Positions 9,112-21,022 of a stretch of DNA of 64,000 nt are shown in pieces. The stretch comes from an uncultured Veillonellaceae bacterium (GTDB lineage: Bacteria > Bacillota > Negativicutes > JARBTT01): contig CAWDTA010000005.1 in the NCBI GenBank assembly GCA_963805085.1, positions 640,001 to 704,000 on the forward strand, in the 5' to 3' direction. A program made the translations under genes and the position numbers. The notes beneath the pieces are model-generated. The model was not told the DNA's origin. It ran no database searches and saw nothing but the letters and a program-made list of their open reading frames with translations. Every line of letters starts with the position of its first letter. Positions within the stretch are counted from its first letter, which is position 1.

Positions 9112-10086
9112 ATGCAAAATTTTATGACAATCAGAACAGACTTAGCAATTGAAGCACGCGAGATGGTGACAAAGCATGTTTCACATGATGTATCTGGCGT
9201 TGATGTAGTAACGAGCAAAGATGAAGATGTATTGATCACAAGAGTAAATATTACCAATCAAGCAGCCGAAGATGCTCTAGGAAAACCAATCGGCAAATAC
9301 ATTACCATTGAGGCTCAAGGCTTGAAATATAATGATGCGGATTTACATGAAAAAATAGCAGAATTTCTAGCTGAGGAATTAAATGGATTGATTAAAATAA
9401 GTAGTACAGCCACCGTTTTAGTAGTGGGTTTGGGAAATCGCAATATTACGCCGGATGCATTGGGGCCTAAAACGATAGAAAAATTGGTTGTGACTCGTCA
9501 TTTAAAAGGTATGTTATTGGATGATGTAAAAGATCGTATGCGCCTTGTTTGTGCGATTGAGCCAGGCGTACTTGGTATTACAGGAATGGAGACCGCGGAA
9601 ATTATTCAAGGGATCGTTACAAAGATAAAACCGGATATGGTAATTGCGATTGACGCGCTTGCTGCTGCTGCGAGTCACCGGGTGAATACGACGATCCAAC
9701 TTGCCAATACGGGAATTCACCCGGGCTCTGGTGTTGATAATAAACGATTTGGCTTGAATCAAGCAACGCTCGGCGTGCCGGTTATTGCGATTGGTGTACC
9801 AACGGTAGTACATGCCTCAACGATTGCGATGGACACGATTCATGCCCTGAAGGAGCATGCTTCTTTTGCGCGTTATTTTAAAAGTCTGGAAACGCTATCC
9901 GCGAGCGAATGTCAAACGATTGTTCGACAAGTATTGCCAGAAACATTAGGTAACTTAATGGTAACACCAAAAGAAATTGATCAGATTATTACTGATATAT
10001 CTACAGTGGTTGCAAAGGGCATTAACCAAGCGCTCCATGAGAAGATTGATTACGAAAATATTCATACCTGTATCAAGTATATATAG
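9112..10086 (+). CDS. gpr: Germination protease GPR
   Basis: RTDLAIEA, VVGLGNRNITPDALGP, PGVLGITGMET, IDALAA. Confidence 0.96.
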   Translation: MQNFMTIRTDLAIEAREMVTKHVSHDVSGVDVVTSKDEDVLITRVNITNQAAEDALGKPIGKYITIEAQGLKYNDADLHEKIAEFLAEELNGLIKISSTATVLVVGLGNRNITPDALGPKTIEKLVVTRHLKGMLLDDVKDRMRLVCAIEPGVLGITGMETAEIIQGIVTKIKPDMVIAIDALAAAASHRVNTTIQLANTGIHPGSGVDNKRFGLNQATLGVPVIAIGVPTVVHASTIAMDTIHALKEHASFARYFKSLETLSASECQTIVRQVLPETLGNLMVTPKEIDQIITDISTVVAKGINQALHEKIDYENIHTCIKYI

Positions 10087-10105
10087 TAGCTTGTTTGCAT
10101 ATACA
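10077..10105 (+). promoter_or_regulatory. SigE-like promoter upstream of spoIIP
   Basis: GTATATA-N14-CATATACA. Confidence 0.45.
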
Positions 10106-10151
10106 TCGTATGTAAGTAAAATTTCGCTCTATAGCAATAGGGGGAACTATA

Positions 10152-11192
10152 GTGACGAGAATGCAAAAAAAACACTTGTTGAATACCAGTAAGAAAATGC
10201 TATTGATTCATGTTATGGTTGCTACCGTTATGTTGAGTGGTTTTTATACCTACTTGTTGAATGCAACGGTACCTGTAGTAGCGATGCATTCAACAAATAC
10301 GATGTTTATGGGACTAGCCACTTGGCGTGACTTTTTATTTTGGGGCATTCCCGGACTAGCCCACTCAAATGAGCTGAAAGCAAATCAAGATACAACTGTT
10401 CAGCGTTCCATGCGGGATTGGCTGAATGAAACGTTGATTCTTTTTACTAATATTAATGGCAATGATTTGAGCTCTATTTTACGGGCAGAGTTACCAAGGG
10501 TAGCAGTACAAAAAAATAATTTGGTAAGTATGCCAGCCATAACGAAAGTGAAATTACCTTCCTTTAATGTTGCTAAAAATTTAGGCAAGCCTGTTGTGGC
10601 TGTATATCATACCCATACATCAGAATCATTTATTCCTAGTTCTGGCGTAGCCCATAGTCCGGGTGGACAAATTGGCCAAATTACTGAAGTTGGTGATGCG
10701 TTGATTCAAGCCTTGGCCAAACAAGGAATTTCAGGAATACAAGATACGACGATTCATGATTCTCCAAGCTTTATGAAAGCTTATGGCGCATCGGAGGTTA
10801 CGGTAAAAAGAATTTTAAAAGAAAACTCTTCAATACAAATGATTTTTGATATTCACAGAGATGCCGCCAAGCGAGAAAATGTGATTACGACAGTCAACGG
10901 AGAAACGGTAGCTAAATTTAGTATTGTTGTTGCACAAGGGCAAACCGATTTGCCACAACCACATTGGAAAGAAAATTATGCATTAGCAAAATTAATTGAT
11001 GAAAAATGCAATGAAAAGTATCCGGGATTATCTAAAGGAATTACACTTGATCAATGGCGTTATAATCAACATTTGCATCCACACGCCTTATTGCTTGAAG
11101 TAGGCAGTGAAGAAACAAGCAACGAAGAAGCAATGCGTTCTATGGAAATGTTAGGTGAGGTGCTTGCTGAAATTTTACAAGGCAATAGTTGA
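10152..11192 (+). CDS. spoIIP: Stage II sporulation protein P
   Basis: YHTHTSESF, DIHRDA, RYNQHL..ALLLEVG; follows gpr. Confidence 0.93.
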   Translation: MTRMQKKHLLNTSKKMLLIHVMVATVMLSGFYTYLLNATVPVVAMHSTNTMFMGLATWRDFLFWGIPGLAHSNELKANQDTTVQRSMRDWLNETLILFTNINGNDLSSILRAELPRVAVQKNNLVSMPAITKVKLPSFNVAKNLGKPVVAVYHTHTSESFIPSSGVAHSPGGQIGQITEVGDALIQALAKQGISGIQDTTIHDSPSFMKAYGASEVTVKRILKENSSIQMIFDIHRDAAKRENVITTVNGETVAKFSIVVAQGQTDLPQPHWKENYALAKLIDEKCNEKYPGLSKGITLDQWRYNQHLHPHALLLEVGSEETSNEEAMRSMEMLGEVLAEILQGNS

Positions 11193-11200
11193 GGTGAAAT

Positions 11201-11461
11201 ATGCGTAGAGTCGAACGAATTTGGTTAGGGCGAATGTTAAAAGGATTCTTATTTTTTCTTTTCTTTATTCTAATCGGTACTTTAGTTGTGGAGATGCAGA
11301 TTGATGATTTGACCTGGAATCATGATCTTATCATTCAAAATCAGGTCAGCGAAATTTATCAGCAGTCGGTAACAACTTTTTACAATTTGGAAGAAGAAGT
11401 GCGTTCGTATTACACGGATTGGGCAAAAGAAGTCAGTGAGTATTTTGAAGCGATATTGTAA
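11201..11461 (+). CDS. Hypothetical single-TM protein (position of yqxA)
   Basis: GAGGTG RBS and one hydrophobic segment; lies between spoIIP and lepA. Confidence 0.65.
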   Translation: MRRVERIWLGRMLKGFLFFLFFILIGTLVVEMQIDDLTWNHDLIIQNQVSEIYQQSVTTFYNLEEEVRSYYTDWAKEVSEYFEAIL

Positions 11462-11534
11462 TGCTTGCAGGTTTTGACTATACAATGCTATAATTTAAAG
11501 AAGTATTTGTAGATTTAGGCTACGGGAGGAAAAA

Positions 11535-13331
11535 ATGCAAACAAAGAATATTCGTAATTTCTCTATTATCGCGCATATAGATCATGGCAAATCGACGATT
11601 GCTGATCGTCTTATTGAATATACTGGCACTTTATCGAAACGTGAAATGGAAGCGCAAGTCCTTGATCAAATGGATTTAGAACGTGAACGTGGGATTACGA
11701 TCAAAGCGCAAGCTGTTCGTCTAGACTATGTTGGTAAAGATGGTCAAATGTATCAAATTAATTTAATTGATACACCAGGTCATGTCGATTTTACTTATGA
11801 AGTATCAAGAAGTTTAGCTGCTTGTGAAGGCGCACTGCTCGTTGTTGATGCTGCGCAGGGAATTGAAGCGCAAACGTTAGCAAACGTATACCTCGCATTA
11901 GAAAACGATTTGGAAATCATTCCAGTTATCAATAAAATTGACTTACCAAGTGCGGAACCAGAAAAGGTAAAACAAGAAATAGAAGATGTTATCGGTTTGG
12001 ATACAACGGATGCTGTTCTTGCCAGTGCAAAAGTTGGGATTGGTATCGAAGAAATTTTAGATGCCATTGTAGCGAAAGTGCCAGCACCAAGTGGTAGTAC
12101 GAGTGCGCCGCTGAGTGCGCTAATCTTTGATTCCCATTTTGATGCTTATAAAGGCGTTATTGCTTATGTGCGGGTTATGGATGGAGCGATCAAACCTGGC
12201 ATGAAATTAAAAATGATCGCAACGAATAAAGAATTTGAAGTAACCGAGGTTGGCTGTTTTAGACCAGCTTTAACCAATATAGAAGAACTTGGTACGGGTC
12301 AGGTTGGTTTTGTTTCTGGTAGCATAAAGAATGTAAAAGATGTTCGTGTTGGGGATACCATTACAGATGCGAGTCGTCCAGTTGCAAAAGCATTGCCTGG
12401 GTATCGCGGGATCAATCCAATGGTATATTGTGGTTTGTATCCAGTGGATAGTTCCGATTACGATAATTTAAAAGATGCGTTAGAAAAATTGCAATTGAAT
12501 GATGCTTCGTTATTATTCGAGCCAGAAACTTCGATTGCCTTAGGGTTTGGTTACCGTTGTGGTTTTCTAGGCTTGCTTCATATGGATGTTATTCAAGAAC
12601 GTTTGGAACGCGAATACAATTTAAGCTTAATTACAACAGCACCGAGTGTAATTTACCATGTCTATAAGACGAATGGTGAAATGATTAAAATTGATAATCC
12701 TTCACATTTACCACCAGTTACAGAAATAGAGCGTATTGATGAACCCTATGTAAGAGCAACAGTGATTGTGCCAAATGATTATGTGGGTACAGTGATGGAA
12801 CTTTCACAAGAAAAACGCGGTGAATTCAAAGACATGAAATATCTTGATGTGAATCGTGTCATGGTCACGTATCATATTCCACTCAGTGAAATTATTTATG
12901 ATTATTTTGATCGTTTGAAATCCTCTACGCGTGGTTACGCTTCGCTTGATTATGAAATAACCGATTATCAAACCTCTAAGTTAGTGAAGTTAGATATCCT
13001 ACTCAATGGCGATCCTGTAGATGCTTTATCAGTTATCGTACATAAAGATAAAGCATCGCATCGTGGGCGTCAATTGGCAGAAAAATTAAAAGGTATCATT
13101 CCACAGCAAATGTTTGAAATTCCGATTCAAGCGGCTGTTGGTAATAAAGTAATCGCCCGTGAGACGGTTCGCGCGATGCGTAAGGATGTATTGGCAAAAT
13201 GTTACGGCGGTGATATTTCTCGTAAACGTAAATTGCTAGAAAAACAAAAAGAAGGTAAAAAACGCATGAAGTCAGTGGGGAATGTTGAAATTCCACAAGA
13301 AGCGTTTATGGCAATTTTGAAAATTGACTAA
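11535..13331 (+). CDS. lepA: Elongation factor 4
   Basis: [16 protein letters not shown]; [18 protein letters not shown]. Confidence 0.99.
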   Translation: MQTKNIRNFSIIAHIDHGKSTIADRLIEYTGTLSKREMEAQVLDQMDLERERGITIKAQAVRLDYVGKDGQMYQINLIDTPGHVDFTYEVSRSLAACEGALLVVDAAQGIEAQTLANVYLALENDLEIIPVINKIDLPSAEPEKVKQEIEDVIGLDTTDAVLASAKVGIGIEEILDAIVAKVPAPSGSTSAPLSALIFDSHFDAYKGVIAYVRVMDGAIKPGMKLKMIATNKEFEVTEVGCFRPALTNIEELGTGQVGFVSGSIKNVKDVRVGDTITDASRPVAKALPGYRGINPMVYCGLYPVDSSDYDNLKDALEKLQLNDASLLFEPETSIALGFGYRCGFLGLLHMDVIQERLEREYNLSLITTAPSVIYHVYKTNGEMIKIDNPSHLPPVTEIERIDEPYVRATVIVPNDYVGTVMELSQEKRGEFKDMKYLDVNRVMVTYHIPLSEIIYDYFDRLKSSTRGYASLDYEITDYQTSKLVKLDILLNGDPVDALSVIVHKDKASHRGRQLAEKLKGIIPQQMFEIPIQAAVGNKVIARETVRAMRKDVLAKCYGGDISRKRKLLEKQKEGKKRMKSVGNVEIPQEAFMAILKID

Positions 13332-13347
13332 GCTTAGGAGTGGTGTT

Positions 13348-14484
13348 ATGAATTTGGGGTTATATATTCATATACCGTTTTGTCAGCAAAAATGTTTTTA
13401 TTGCGACTTTCCTTCCTACGCAAATATAGAGGATTTACAGGAAGACTATACAGCCGCCTTGCGCCGAGAAATTGCTGCGCAAGGCGGTCTTTTCTCTGCA
13501 TACGTTGTAGATACGATTTATATTGGCGGCGGTACACCAACGGTATTAAGCGCCAAGCTGCTGAAACAAATCATTGCTGAGGTAAAACAAGTTTTTGTGA
13601 TTTCACCAGAGGTAGAATGGACGATAGAAGTCAATCCTGGGACAGTTGATGAAGAAAAATTAACGATGCTTTTTCAAAATGGAGTAAATCGTTTAAGCTT
13701 TGGCGTGCAGAGTTTTAACGATGCTGTATTAAAAAAAATTGGCCGTATTCATGATCGACAGCAATCAATTGAAGCCATCAATTTGGCAGAAAAAGTTGGC
13801 TTTCAAAATATGAGTCTAGATTTAATGTATGGCTTACCAAAGCAAACAATGGAGGATCTCAAGGAAAGTATTGCCCAAGCCGCTAAACTTGCTGTCAAAC
13901 ATATTTCTATTTATGGGTTAAAAGTTGAACCTGGTACCATATTTGCAAAGTTAGAGGAAAAAAATCAACTTGCTTTGCCGAGTGAAGAAGTAGACGAAGC
14001 GATGTATGAACTTGTGATGAATTCTTTGCCGCAATATGGTTATCAGCGCTATGAAATATCAAATTTTGCGCGCAGTGGTTTTGAAAGTAAACATAATTTG
14101 AAATATTGGCAAGATCAGCCTTATCTTGGGCTAGGGGCTTCAGCCCATTCTTATTTTGAAGCCAAGCGTTTTTCAAATGTATCGAATGTAAGAGAATACA
14201 TTCAGCGAATTTCTACAGGAGCATCCCAGCGGGAACAGTGTGAAAAACTCGATCCCAAGGTATTAATGGAAGAATTTTGTTTTTTGGCACTGAGAACAAA
14301 AAGTGGCATTGATATAGAAAAATTTGATGCAAAATTTAGTAGTAACTTTTTTTCTGTTTATGGTCATATTATAGATAGTCTGAGAACAAAAAAGTTAATC
14401 GAACAAGATGGAAAATACATTTATTTAACTGCTTTAGGGATGAAATTTGGTAATCAAGTCTTTTGTGAATTTTTATTAGATTAA
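13348..14484 (+). CDS. hemW: Radical SAM heme chaperone HemW (HemN-like)
   Basis: YIHIPFCQQKCFYCDF, YEISNF, HNLKYW. Confidence 0.92.
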   Translation: MNLGLYIHIPFCQQKCFYCDFPSYANIEDLQEDYTAALRREIAAQGGLFSAYVVDTIYIGGGTPTVLSAKLLKQIIAEVKQVFVISPEVEWTIEVNPGTVDEEKLTMLFQNGVNRLSFGVQSFNDAVLKKIGRIHDRQQSIEAINLAEKVGFQNMSLDLMYGLPKQTMEDLKESIAQAAKLAVKHISIYGLKVEPGTIFAKLEEKNQLALPSEEVDEAMYELVMNSLPQYGYQRYEISNFARSGFESKHNLKYWQDQPYLGLGASAHSYFEAKRFSNVSNVREYIQRISTGASQREQCEKLDPKVLMEEFCFLALRTKSGIDIEKFDAKFSSNFFSVYGHIIDSLRTKKLIEQDGKYIYLTALGMKFGNQVFCEFLLD

Positions 14485-14498
14485 AATGAAGTTGTTTA

Positions 14499-14527
14499 TT
14501 GACATTTTAATTAAGTAGTGGTATGTT
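14499..14527 (+). promoter_or_regulatory. SigA promoter of the hrcA-dnaK operon
   Basis: TTGACA-N17-TATGTT just upstream of CIRCE. Confidence 0.75.
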
Positions 14528-14538
14528 TTTATTAGACA

Positions 14539-14565
14539 TTAGCACTCACTAGTATAGAGTGCTAA
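14539..14565 (+). promoter_or_regulatory. CIRCE element (HrcA operator)
   Basis: Perfect TTAGCACTC-N9-GAGTGCTAA. Confidence 0.98.
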
Positions 14566-14582
14566 CAATAGGAGGTGGGAAG

Positions 14583-15611
14583 ATGCTTGATGAGCGTAAA
14601 CGAAAAATTCTCCAGGCTATAATTAATGATTATATTTCCACCGCAGAACCTATTGGTTCAAGGACAATTGCTCGTAAATATGACCTTGGGATTAGTCCGG
14701 CTACCATTCGTAATGAAATGGCGGATTTAGAATTACTTGGGTATATTGAGCAACTCCATACTTCTTCAGGGCGTATTCCTTCGGCGAAAGGCTATCGACT
14801 TTATGTGGATGCCTTGTTATCACCGGAGACGATAACTGAAAAGGAAATCAATTTAATCAGTAATTGGTATGATGTAAAAGTAAGACGGGTTGAGGAAGTA
14901 TTCCAAGAAACTGCAAAAATCATATCAAGAATGACTAAAAATATTTCGTTGGTTTTAGCACCACAGTTATCACAAGCTACATTTAGATATTTGCAATTTT
15001 TACCGTTAGATGAAAGTCGTGTCATCGTTGTGGTTATGACAGATTCTGGATTTGTTGAAAATAAAGTAATTGTCATGCCAAGCGGCACTACTGTTGAAGA
15101 TTTACAACGCATTGCTTTGGTTGTAAATAAACATTTGGCAGGGCAAGCTTTAGATTCGATTAAGCCGTCTGTTTTACGAAAGATTAAAGCAGATGTACTC
15201 GCAAATTCAAGTTTCTTTGACGTTGCAATGGAAGCGATTAGCCAAGCTCTCACCGTTGATAAAAAAGAACGTGTTTACCTAGGTGGTACGACACAACTTT
15301 TAAATCAACCGGAATTTCGCGATATTGATAAAGTAAAAAGTATTTTTTTGATGCTTGAGGAAGAACAATTGTTGTGTGATTTATTGCACGCACACGATGG
15401 TGAAGGCATTGCTGTTACGATTGGTCAAGAAAATAAATATAGTGGGATTCAAGAGTGCAGTATGATTAGTGCGACCTATAAGCTAGATGGTCAAATTATC
15501 GGTACGATTGCAGTACTTGGACCAACGCGAATGGAATATGGTAAAATTATGACATTGCTTGATTTTATGAATAGTAATCTAGGGCAAATATTAAAAAAAT
15601 ATAAGTTATAG
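14583..15611 (+). CDS. hrcA: Heat-inducible transcription repressor HrcA
   Basis: SPATIRNEMADLE, HTSSGRIPS, GPTRMEY. Confidence 0.98.
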   Translation: MLDERKRKILQAIINDYISTAEPIGSRTIARKYDLGISPATIRNEMADLELLGYIEQLHTSSGRIPSAKGYRLYVDALLSPETITEKEINLISNWYDVKVRRVEEVFQETAKIISRMTKNISLVLAPQLSQATFRYLQFLPLDESRVIVVVMTDSGFVENKVIVMPSGTTVEDLQRIALVVNKHLAGQALDSIKPSVLRKIKADVLANSSFFDVAMEAISQALTVDKKERVYLGGTTQLLNQPEFRDIDKVKSIFLMLEEEQLLCDLLHAHDGEGIAVTIGQENKYSGIQECSMISATYKLDGQIIGTIAVLGPTRMEYGKIMTLLDFMNSNLGQILKKYKL

Positions 15612-15647
15612 AAGTTTTTATAACGATATATTTGGAGGAGTACCCAA

Positions 15648-17216
15648 ATGACATTAAAGCAGACAGAAAGTAGTGCTGAAGTGGAAGGTAAGTTGTCAGC
15701 TTTGGTGACGAATGCAAATGCTATTCGTGCTGTAAGTAATGCGGTCGAAGGTACAATTGGACCTAAAGGGCTAGATACTATGCTCGTGGATCGTTTTGGT
15801 GAAGTAATTATAACTAATGATGGTGTAACCATATTAGATAAAATGGAAGTCGATCATCCAGCTGCACGCCTATTGATTCATATTGCGAAAGCGCAGCAAG
15901 CTGAAATTGGTGATGGAACAACAACCGCAACAATTATGGCTGCTGCGTTAGTAACTGAAGGTCTTGATCAAGTAATACGTGGCGTGCCAGTTACAAAAGT
16001 GATTGAAGGAATTAAATTTGGTATTGCAGAGGCTTTAGCTGCTATCAAAGCAAATGGTCGACAAGTTGAGCATCTGAATGATAGAATGTTAAAGAATATT
16101 GCGATCGTTGCAGGTCGTGAATATGGCGATATTGCAAATCTTGTTATTGAAGCTGCCAATTTGATTGGCGAAGAAAAGCTTTGTGAGTCTCATTTTAAGT
16201 TATCAGATATCATTAGTTCACAAGAATGTGCTGAAAATCAAGTATTCATGGGGGTAGTTATCCATAAACAACGCATGAGCACCGAGATGCCAAAGCATTT
16301 TCACAATGCGAAGGTATTAAGTATTGATGATGCTTTGCAATGTGAAGAAATCAGTAGTGAGGCCCTTGGTACAGAGGCAGGCTTTCAAAAATATATGGAT
16401 CTACAAAATGAGTTTAAAGTAAATGTTCAAAAGATCATTGATCTAAAAGTAAATGTGATATTAGTAGATCGCAATGTGAGTGAGGTAGCCGAGGAGATGT
16501 TTACGGATGCTGGCATTATGGTGCTTAGGCGTGTGGAACATATGGAATTGGAGCGTGTGGCTGAACATGTTGGTGCACGACTGATTAAACGTACGGGTAT
16601 AAAAAAAGCAAATTCGGATATTGAAAAATATATTGGTTATGCTAGTGAAGTATATGAAGATGAGAGACTCAAACAAGTACGTATATTAGGTGGTAAAGGC
16701 AAGCCCATGGCGACTGTTTTGGTTGGTGCAGCAACGAAAGAGGTTGCTGGTGAACGCGAACGTATTGCTAAAGATGCAGCATCAAGTGTGCAGGCTGCGG
16801 TAAAAGGCGGTTATGTATCAGGAGGCGGTTCAATTGAAATCGCAGTTGCAAGGCAAGTACAAACAATGCGTCAAACAATCAAAGGGATGGCTGCCTATGG
16901 CGTAGATTGTGTAGTGCATGCGCTGAGGCACCCACTATCGCAAATCGTTGAAAATGCTGGCTTTAACCAACTAGAAAAAGTAGAAGAAGTGATCAGTGCT
17001 CAAATTGAGCACAAGTGCAATACGTTAGGTATAGATTGCGATACTGGGAAGGTTGTGGATATGCTGGAACTTGGCGTGGTTGATCCAATGTTAGTCAAGT
17101 ATCATGCTATTAAAGCAGCAGGCGAGGTCGCAGTTGCAATATTAAGAATTGATAAGATCATTCGTAAAGTGGCGGAAGGCAGCGCTGATAAGGTAGTGCC
17201 TATGCCTGATATTTAA
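15648..17216 (+). CDS. Archaeal-like (group III, TCP-1/thermosome-type) chaperonin
   Basis: GPKGLDTMLVD, ITNDGVTIL, GDGTTT, GVVDP..VK..A...A.E.A..ILRID; inside the dnaK operon. Confidence 0.9.
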   Translation: MTLKQTESSAEVEGKLSALVTNANAIRAVSNAVEGTIGPKGLDTMLVDRFGEVIITNDGVTILDKMEVDHPAARLLIHIAKAQQAEIGDGTTTATIMAAALVTEGLDQVIRGVPVTKVIEGIKFGIAEALAAIKANGRQVEHLNDRMLKNIAIVAGREYGDIANLVIEAANLIGEEKLCESHFKLSDIISSQECAENQVFMGVVIHKQRMSTEMPKHFHNAKVLSIDDALQCEEISSEALGTEAGFQKYMDLQNEFKVNVQKIIDLKVNVILVDRNVSEVAEEMFTDAGIMVLRRVEHMELERVAEHVGARLIKRTGIKKANSDIEKYIGYASEVYEDERLKQVRILGGKGKPMATVLVGAATKEVAGERERIAKDAASSVQAAVKGGYVSGGGSIEIAVARQVQTMRQTIKGMAAYGVDCVVHALRHPLSQIVENAGFNQLEKVEEVISAQIEHKCNTLGIDCDTGKVVDMLELGVVDPMLVKYHAIKAAGEVAVAILRIDKIIRKVAEGSADKVVPMPDI

Positions 17217-17235
17217 AGAGGTGAAGAGTACAATA

Positions 17236-17799
17236 ATGGCAGAAGAGCAAAAAAAAGAAACTGTAGAAAATGTAGAAGGTCAAGAAAACAATGAACAAGT
17301 GGTAGAAACTGCAGAAGAAGTAACAGAAAATGATGAAGCTGCACGTTTTCAATCCGAATTAGAAGCAAAAGATAAACTTGTGCAAGAACAAGTCGATCGT
17401 GTAAAACGTTTGCAAGCTGATTTTGATAATTTTAGGCGTCGTACACGGCAAGAAAAAGAAGAATTATCCGCAATTGTTTCACAAAATTTAATCAAAGAAT
17501 TGTTGCCACTACTAGATAATTTTGAACGTGCTTTAGCAGCTGAGTTAAGCGCAGAAAGCAGTTCTTTAAAAGATGGCGTTGAAATGATTTACAAACAATT
17601 CGTTGCTACTTTAGAAAGAAATGGTCTTGAACCAATCAATGCAGTAGGTCAAAAGTTTGATCCTAACTTTCATGAAGCAATCATGCGTGTTGCTGATGAA
17701 ACACAGGAAGATGACACTGTTATGGAAGAATTACAACGTGGTTATAGCGTATGCGGTCGCGTTGTAAGACCAAGTATGGTAAAAGTAGTTAGTAATTAA
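17236..17799 (+). CDS. grpE: Nucleotide exchange factor GrpE
   Basis: RLQADFDNFRRR, FDPNFHEA, RPSMVKV. Confidence 0.97.
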   Translation: MAEEQKKETVENVEGQENNEQVVETAEEVTENDEAARFQSELEAKDKLVQEQVDRVKRLQADFDNFRRRTRQEKEELSAIVSQNLIKELLPLLDNFERALAAELSAESSSLKDGVEMIYKQFVATLERNGLEPINAVGQKFDPNFHEAIMRVADETQEDDTVMEELQRGYSVCGRVVRPSMVKVVSN

Positions 17800-17851
17800 A
17801 ATTTACTTATAGATAAAAAAGATTGATATATTTTGCAAGGGGGATTTTATA

Positions 17852-19702
17852 ATGGCAAAAGTAATAGGTATTGACTTAGGTACAACAAACTCAGTAGTAG
17901 CAGTAATGGAAGGTGGCGAACCTACTGTTATAGCGAATACAGAAGGTAGTCGTCTTACTCCATCGGTGGTTGGTTTCTCAAAAACTGGTGAACGTTTGGT
18001 AGGACAATTAGCAAAACGTCAAGCAGTATCAAATCCTGATAATACGTTTAGCTCAATTAAACGTCATATGGGTACTGATTATAAAGTAACTGTTGATGGC
18101 AAACAATATACACCACAAGAAATTTCGGCAATGATTTTACAAAAATTAAAAACAGATGCAGAATCCTATCTTGGTGAAACTGTAACACAAGCAGTTATTA
18201 CAGTTCCTGCATATTTCAATGATAGCCAACGTCAAGCAACAAAAGATGCTGGTAAAGTTGCTGGTCTTGAGGTACTTCGTATTATTAATGAACCTACAGC
18301 AGCAGCGCTTGCTTACGGCATGGATAAAGGTGAAGAACACACAATTTTAGTATTTGACTTAGGTGGTGGTACATTCGACGTATCCATTCTTGAATTGGGT
18401 GATGGTGTATTTGAAGTTAAAGCAACCAACGGTAACAACCGTCTGGGTGGTGATGATTTCGATGCGCGCGTAATGAAGTGGATGGTTGCTGAATTCAAAA
18501 AAGAAAGTGGTATTGATTTATCCGATGATAAAATGGCAACACAACGTTTACTTGAAGCATCAGAAAAAGCAAAAATTGAATTGTCTGGTGTTCTATCAAC
18601 CAATATCAATTTACCATTCATTACAGCTGATGCATCTGGTCCAAAACATTTAGACTTAACGTTAACTCGTGCTAAATTTGATGAATTAACTGCAGACCTT
18701 GTAGAAGCAACTATGGGACCAACTCGTCAAGCATTACAAGATTCTGGTCTTTCTGCTAGTGAAATCGACAAAATTATCTTAGTTGGTGGTTCTAGCCGTA
18801 TTCCAGCAGTGCAAGAAGCAATTAAGAAAAATCTTAGCAAAGAACCACACCGTGGTGTAAATCCAGATGAATGTGTTGCAATTGGTGCAGCAATTCAAGC
18901 TGGTGTGCTTGTTGGTGAAGTAAAAGACGTATTATTACTTGATGTAACTCCACTTTCCTTAGGTATTGAAACTTTGGGTGGCGTTTGCACAAAAATCATC
19001 GAACGTAATACGACAATCCCAACTTCTAAGAGCCAAACATTTTCAACCGCTGCTGATAATCAACCATCTGTTGATATTCATGTACTTCAAGGAGAACGTG
19101 AAATGGCAGCAGGCAACAAAACACTTGGTCGTTTTGAATTATCTGATATTCCACCAGCTCCAAGAGGTGTACCTCGAATTGAAGTTACATTTGATATTGA
19201 TGCCAATGGTATCGTGCATGTATCAGCAAAAGACCTTGGCACTGGTAAAGAACAGAAAATTACCATTACCACTTCCGGTGGCATGAGTAATGATGATATC
19301 GATCGCATGGTAAAAGAAGCAGAAGCACATGCAGCTGAAGATAAACAACGTAAAGAAGAAGTTGAAGTAAGAAATAACGCTGATTCTTTAGTATATCAGT
19401 CGGAAAAGACGATTAAAGATCTAGGCGATAAAGCAGATAAAGCACAAGTAGAAAAAATCCAAGCGGCTGCAGAAAAAGTAAGAGAAGCTTTAAAAGGAAC
19501 AGACCTTGAAGCAATCAAAACTGCAACTGAAGAGCTTACAAAACCTTTATATGAAATGAGTGCAGCAGCATATCAAGCCGCAGAAGCACAAAACCCAGGT
19601 ACTGGGCAAGGCGCTCCTAATGCACAAGCTGGCGAACAAACGAAAAAAGATGAAAATGTAGTCGATGCTGAATATAAAGTGGTTGACGACGAAAAAAAAT
19701 AA
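17852..19702 (+). CDS. dnaK: Chaperone DnaK
   Basis: [19 protein letters not shown]. Confidence 0.99.
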   Translation: MAKVIGIDLGTTNSVVAVMEGGEPTVIANTEGSRLTPSVVGFSKTGERLVGQLAKRQAVSNPDNTFSSIKRHMGTDYKVTVDGKQYTPQEISAMILQKLKTDAESYLGETVTQAVITVPAYFNDSQRQATKDAGKVAGLEVLRIINEPTAAALAYGMDKGEEHTILVFDLGGGTFDVSILELGDGVFEVKATNGNNRLGGDDFDARVMKWMVAEFKKESGIDLSDDKMATQRLLEASEKAKIELSGVLSTNINLPFITADASGPKHLDLTLTRAKFDELTADLVEATMGPTRQALQDSGLSASEIDKIILVGGSSRIPAVQEAIKKNLSKEPHRGVNPDECVAIGAAIQAGVLVGEVKDVLLLDVTPLSLGIETLGGVCTKIIERNTTIPTSKSQTFSTAADNQPSVDIHVLQGEREMAAGNKTLGRFELSDIPPAPRGVPRIEVTFDIDANGIVHVSAKDLGTGKEQKITITTSGGMSNDDIDRMVKEAEAHAAEDKQRKEEVEVRNNADSLVYQSEKTIKDLGDKADKAQVEKIQAAAEKVREALKGTDLEAIKTATEELTKPLYEMSAAAYQAAEAQNPGTGQGAPNAQAGEQTKKDENVVDAEYKVVDDEKK

Positions 19703-19800
19703 TGTAACTTAAGATGAATATATAGTAAATGCCGATTGACTCCGACTAATTTTTGGTCGGAGTCTTACGGCTAAATGATACATGTTTAGGATGGTGTAAT

Positions 19801-20928
19801 GTGAGTAAGCGCGATTATTATGAAGTGCTAGGTGTATCTAAAAATGCATCAGATGACGAAATAAAAAAAGCATTTAGAAAACTAGCAAGAAAGTATCATC
19901 CTGACGTTAATCGTGATGATCCTAAAGTGGCAGAAGTGAAATTTAAAGAAGCAAACGAAGCCTATGAAGTTTTGTCAGATTCTAAGCGTCGGGAACAATA
20001 TGATCAGTTTGGTCATGCTGCTTTTGATGGCAGTGGCGGCGGTGCTGGTGGATTCGGTGGATTTAGTAGCGGTGGTGCTGGTGGTTTTGGTGATATCTTT
20101 GATATGTTCTTTGGTGGGCAAGGTGGATTTGGTGGTTCACGCCAACCAGGACCAGAACGTGGCAGTGACTTACGCTATGATTTAGAAATCGAGTTTAAAG
20201 AAGCCGCTTTTGGTAAAGAAGTTGAACTGAACATTCCTCGTACAGAAGAATGTGATAGTTGTCATGGTTCTGGGGCTGCCCCTGGAACGCATCCAGAAAC
20301 TTGTCCAACTTGTAAAGGAGCAGGACAAGTGCAATTCGCCCAAAATACACCGTTTGGTCGCATGGTCAATACCAAGGTTTGTGATCGCTGTGGTGGTGAA
20401 GGTAAAATTGTTCATACGCCTTGTAAAACTTGCGGTGGTAAAGGGAAAAAACGTGTAAAACGTAAAATTAGCGTAAAAGTTCCAGCTGGTGTTGATAATG
20501 GTTCTAGAATTAGAGTTAGCAATGCAGGCGAATCTGGTACACGTGGCGGTTCTACTGGTGATTTATACGTTTATATTTTCGTAAAACCTCATAAGTTATT
20601 TCAACGTGAAGGTACAGAGGTTATCTGTGAAGTACCGATTACTTTTGTTCAAGCATCTCTTGGTGATGAAATTGAGGTGCCTACTTTGGACGGAAATGTA
20701 AAGATGAAAATTCCTGAGGGAGTACAATCTGGGACAATCTTGCGTTTGAAAAACAAAGGAATTCCACATTTGCGTGGTCAAGGTCGTGGTGACCAACATG
20801 TAAGAGTAAAAGTATTGACGCCACAAAAATTGAATGAAAAACAAAAAGATATGCTTCGTGAATTTGCACAAGCAAGCGGTGAAAATGTAAACCCCGAGCA
20901 AAAAAGTTGGTTTAAAAAGTTTTTTTAA
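19801..20928 (+). CDS. dnaJ: Chaperone DnaJ
   Basis: J-domain with HPD, G/F-rich region, four CxxCxGxG repeats. Confidence 0.98.
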   Translation: MSKRDYYEVLGVSKNASDDEIKKAFRKLARKYHPDVNRDDPKVAEVKFKEANEAYEVLSDSKRREQYDQFGHAAFDGSGGGAGGFGGFSSGGAGGFGDIFDMFFGGQGGFGGSRQPGPERGSDLRYDLEIEFKEAAFGKEVELNIPRTEECDSCHGSGAAPGTHPETCPTCKGAGQVQFAQNTPFGRMVNTKVCDRCGGEGKIVHTPCKTCGGKGKKRVKRKISVKVPAGVDNGSRIRVSNAGESGTRGGSTGDLYVYIFVKPHKLFQREGTEVICEVPITFVQASLGDEIEVPTLDGNVKMKIPEGVQSGTILRLKNKGIPHLRGQGRGDQHVRVKVLTPQKLNEKQKDMLREFAQASGENVNPEQKSWFKKFF

Positions 20929-21022
20929 ACGATAATGAAGCATAAAATATGTAGCAAAAGCCGAGGAATATACCTCGGCATTGCTTGTCTAAGGCAATAA
21001 ATTGTTAAGGGAGAGATTGATC

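Noticed and set aside
20029-20140. GGT-rich repeats in dnaJ
   Set aside because: Ordinary G/F-rich linker.
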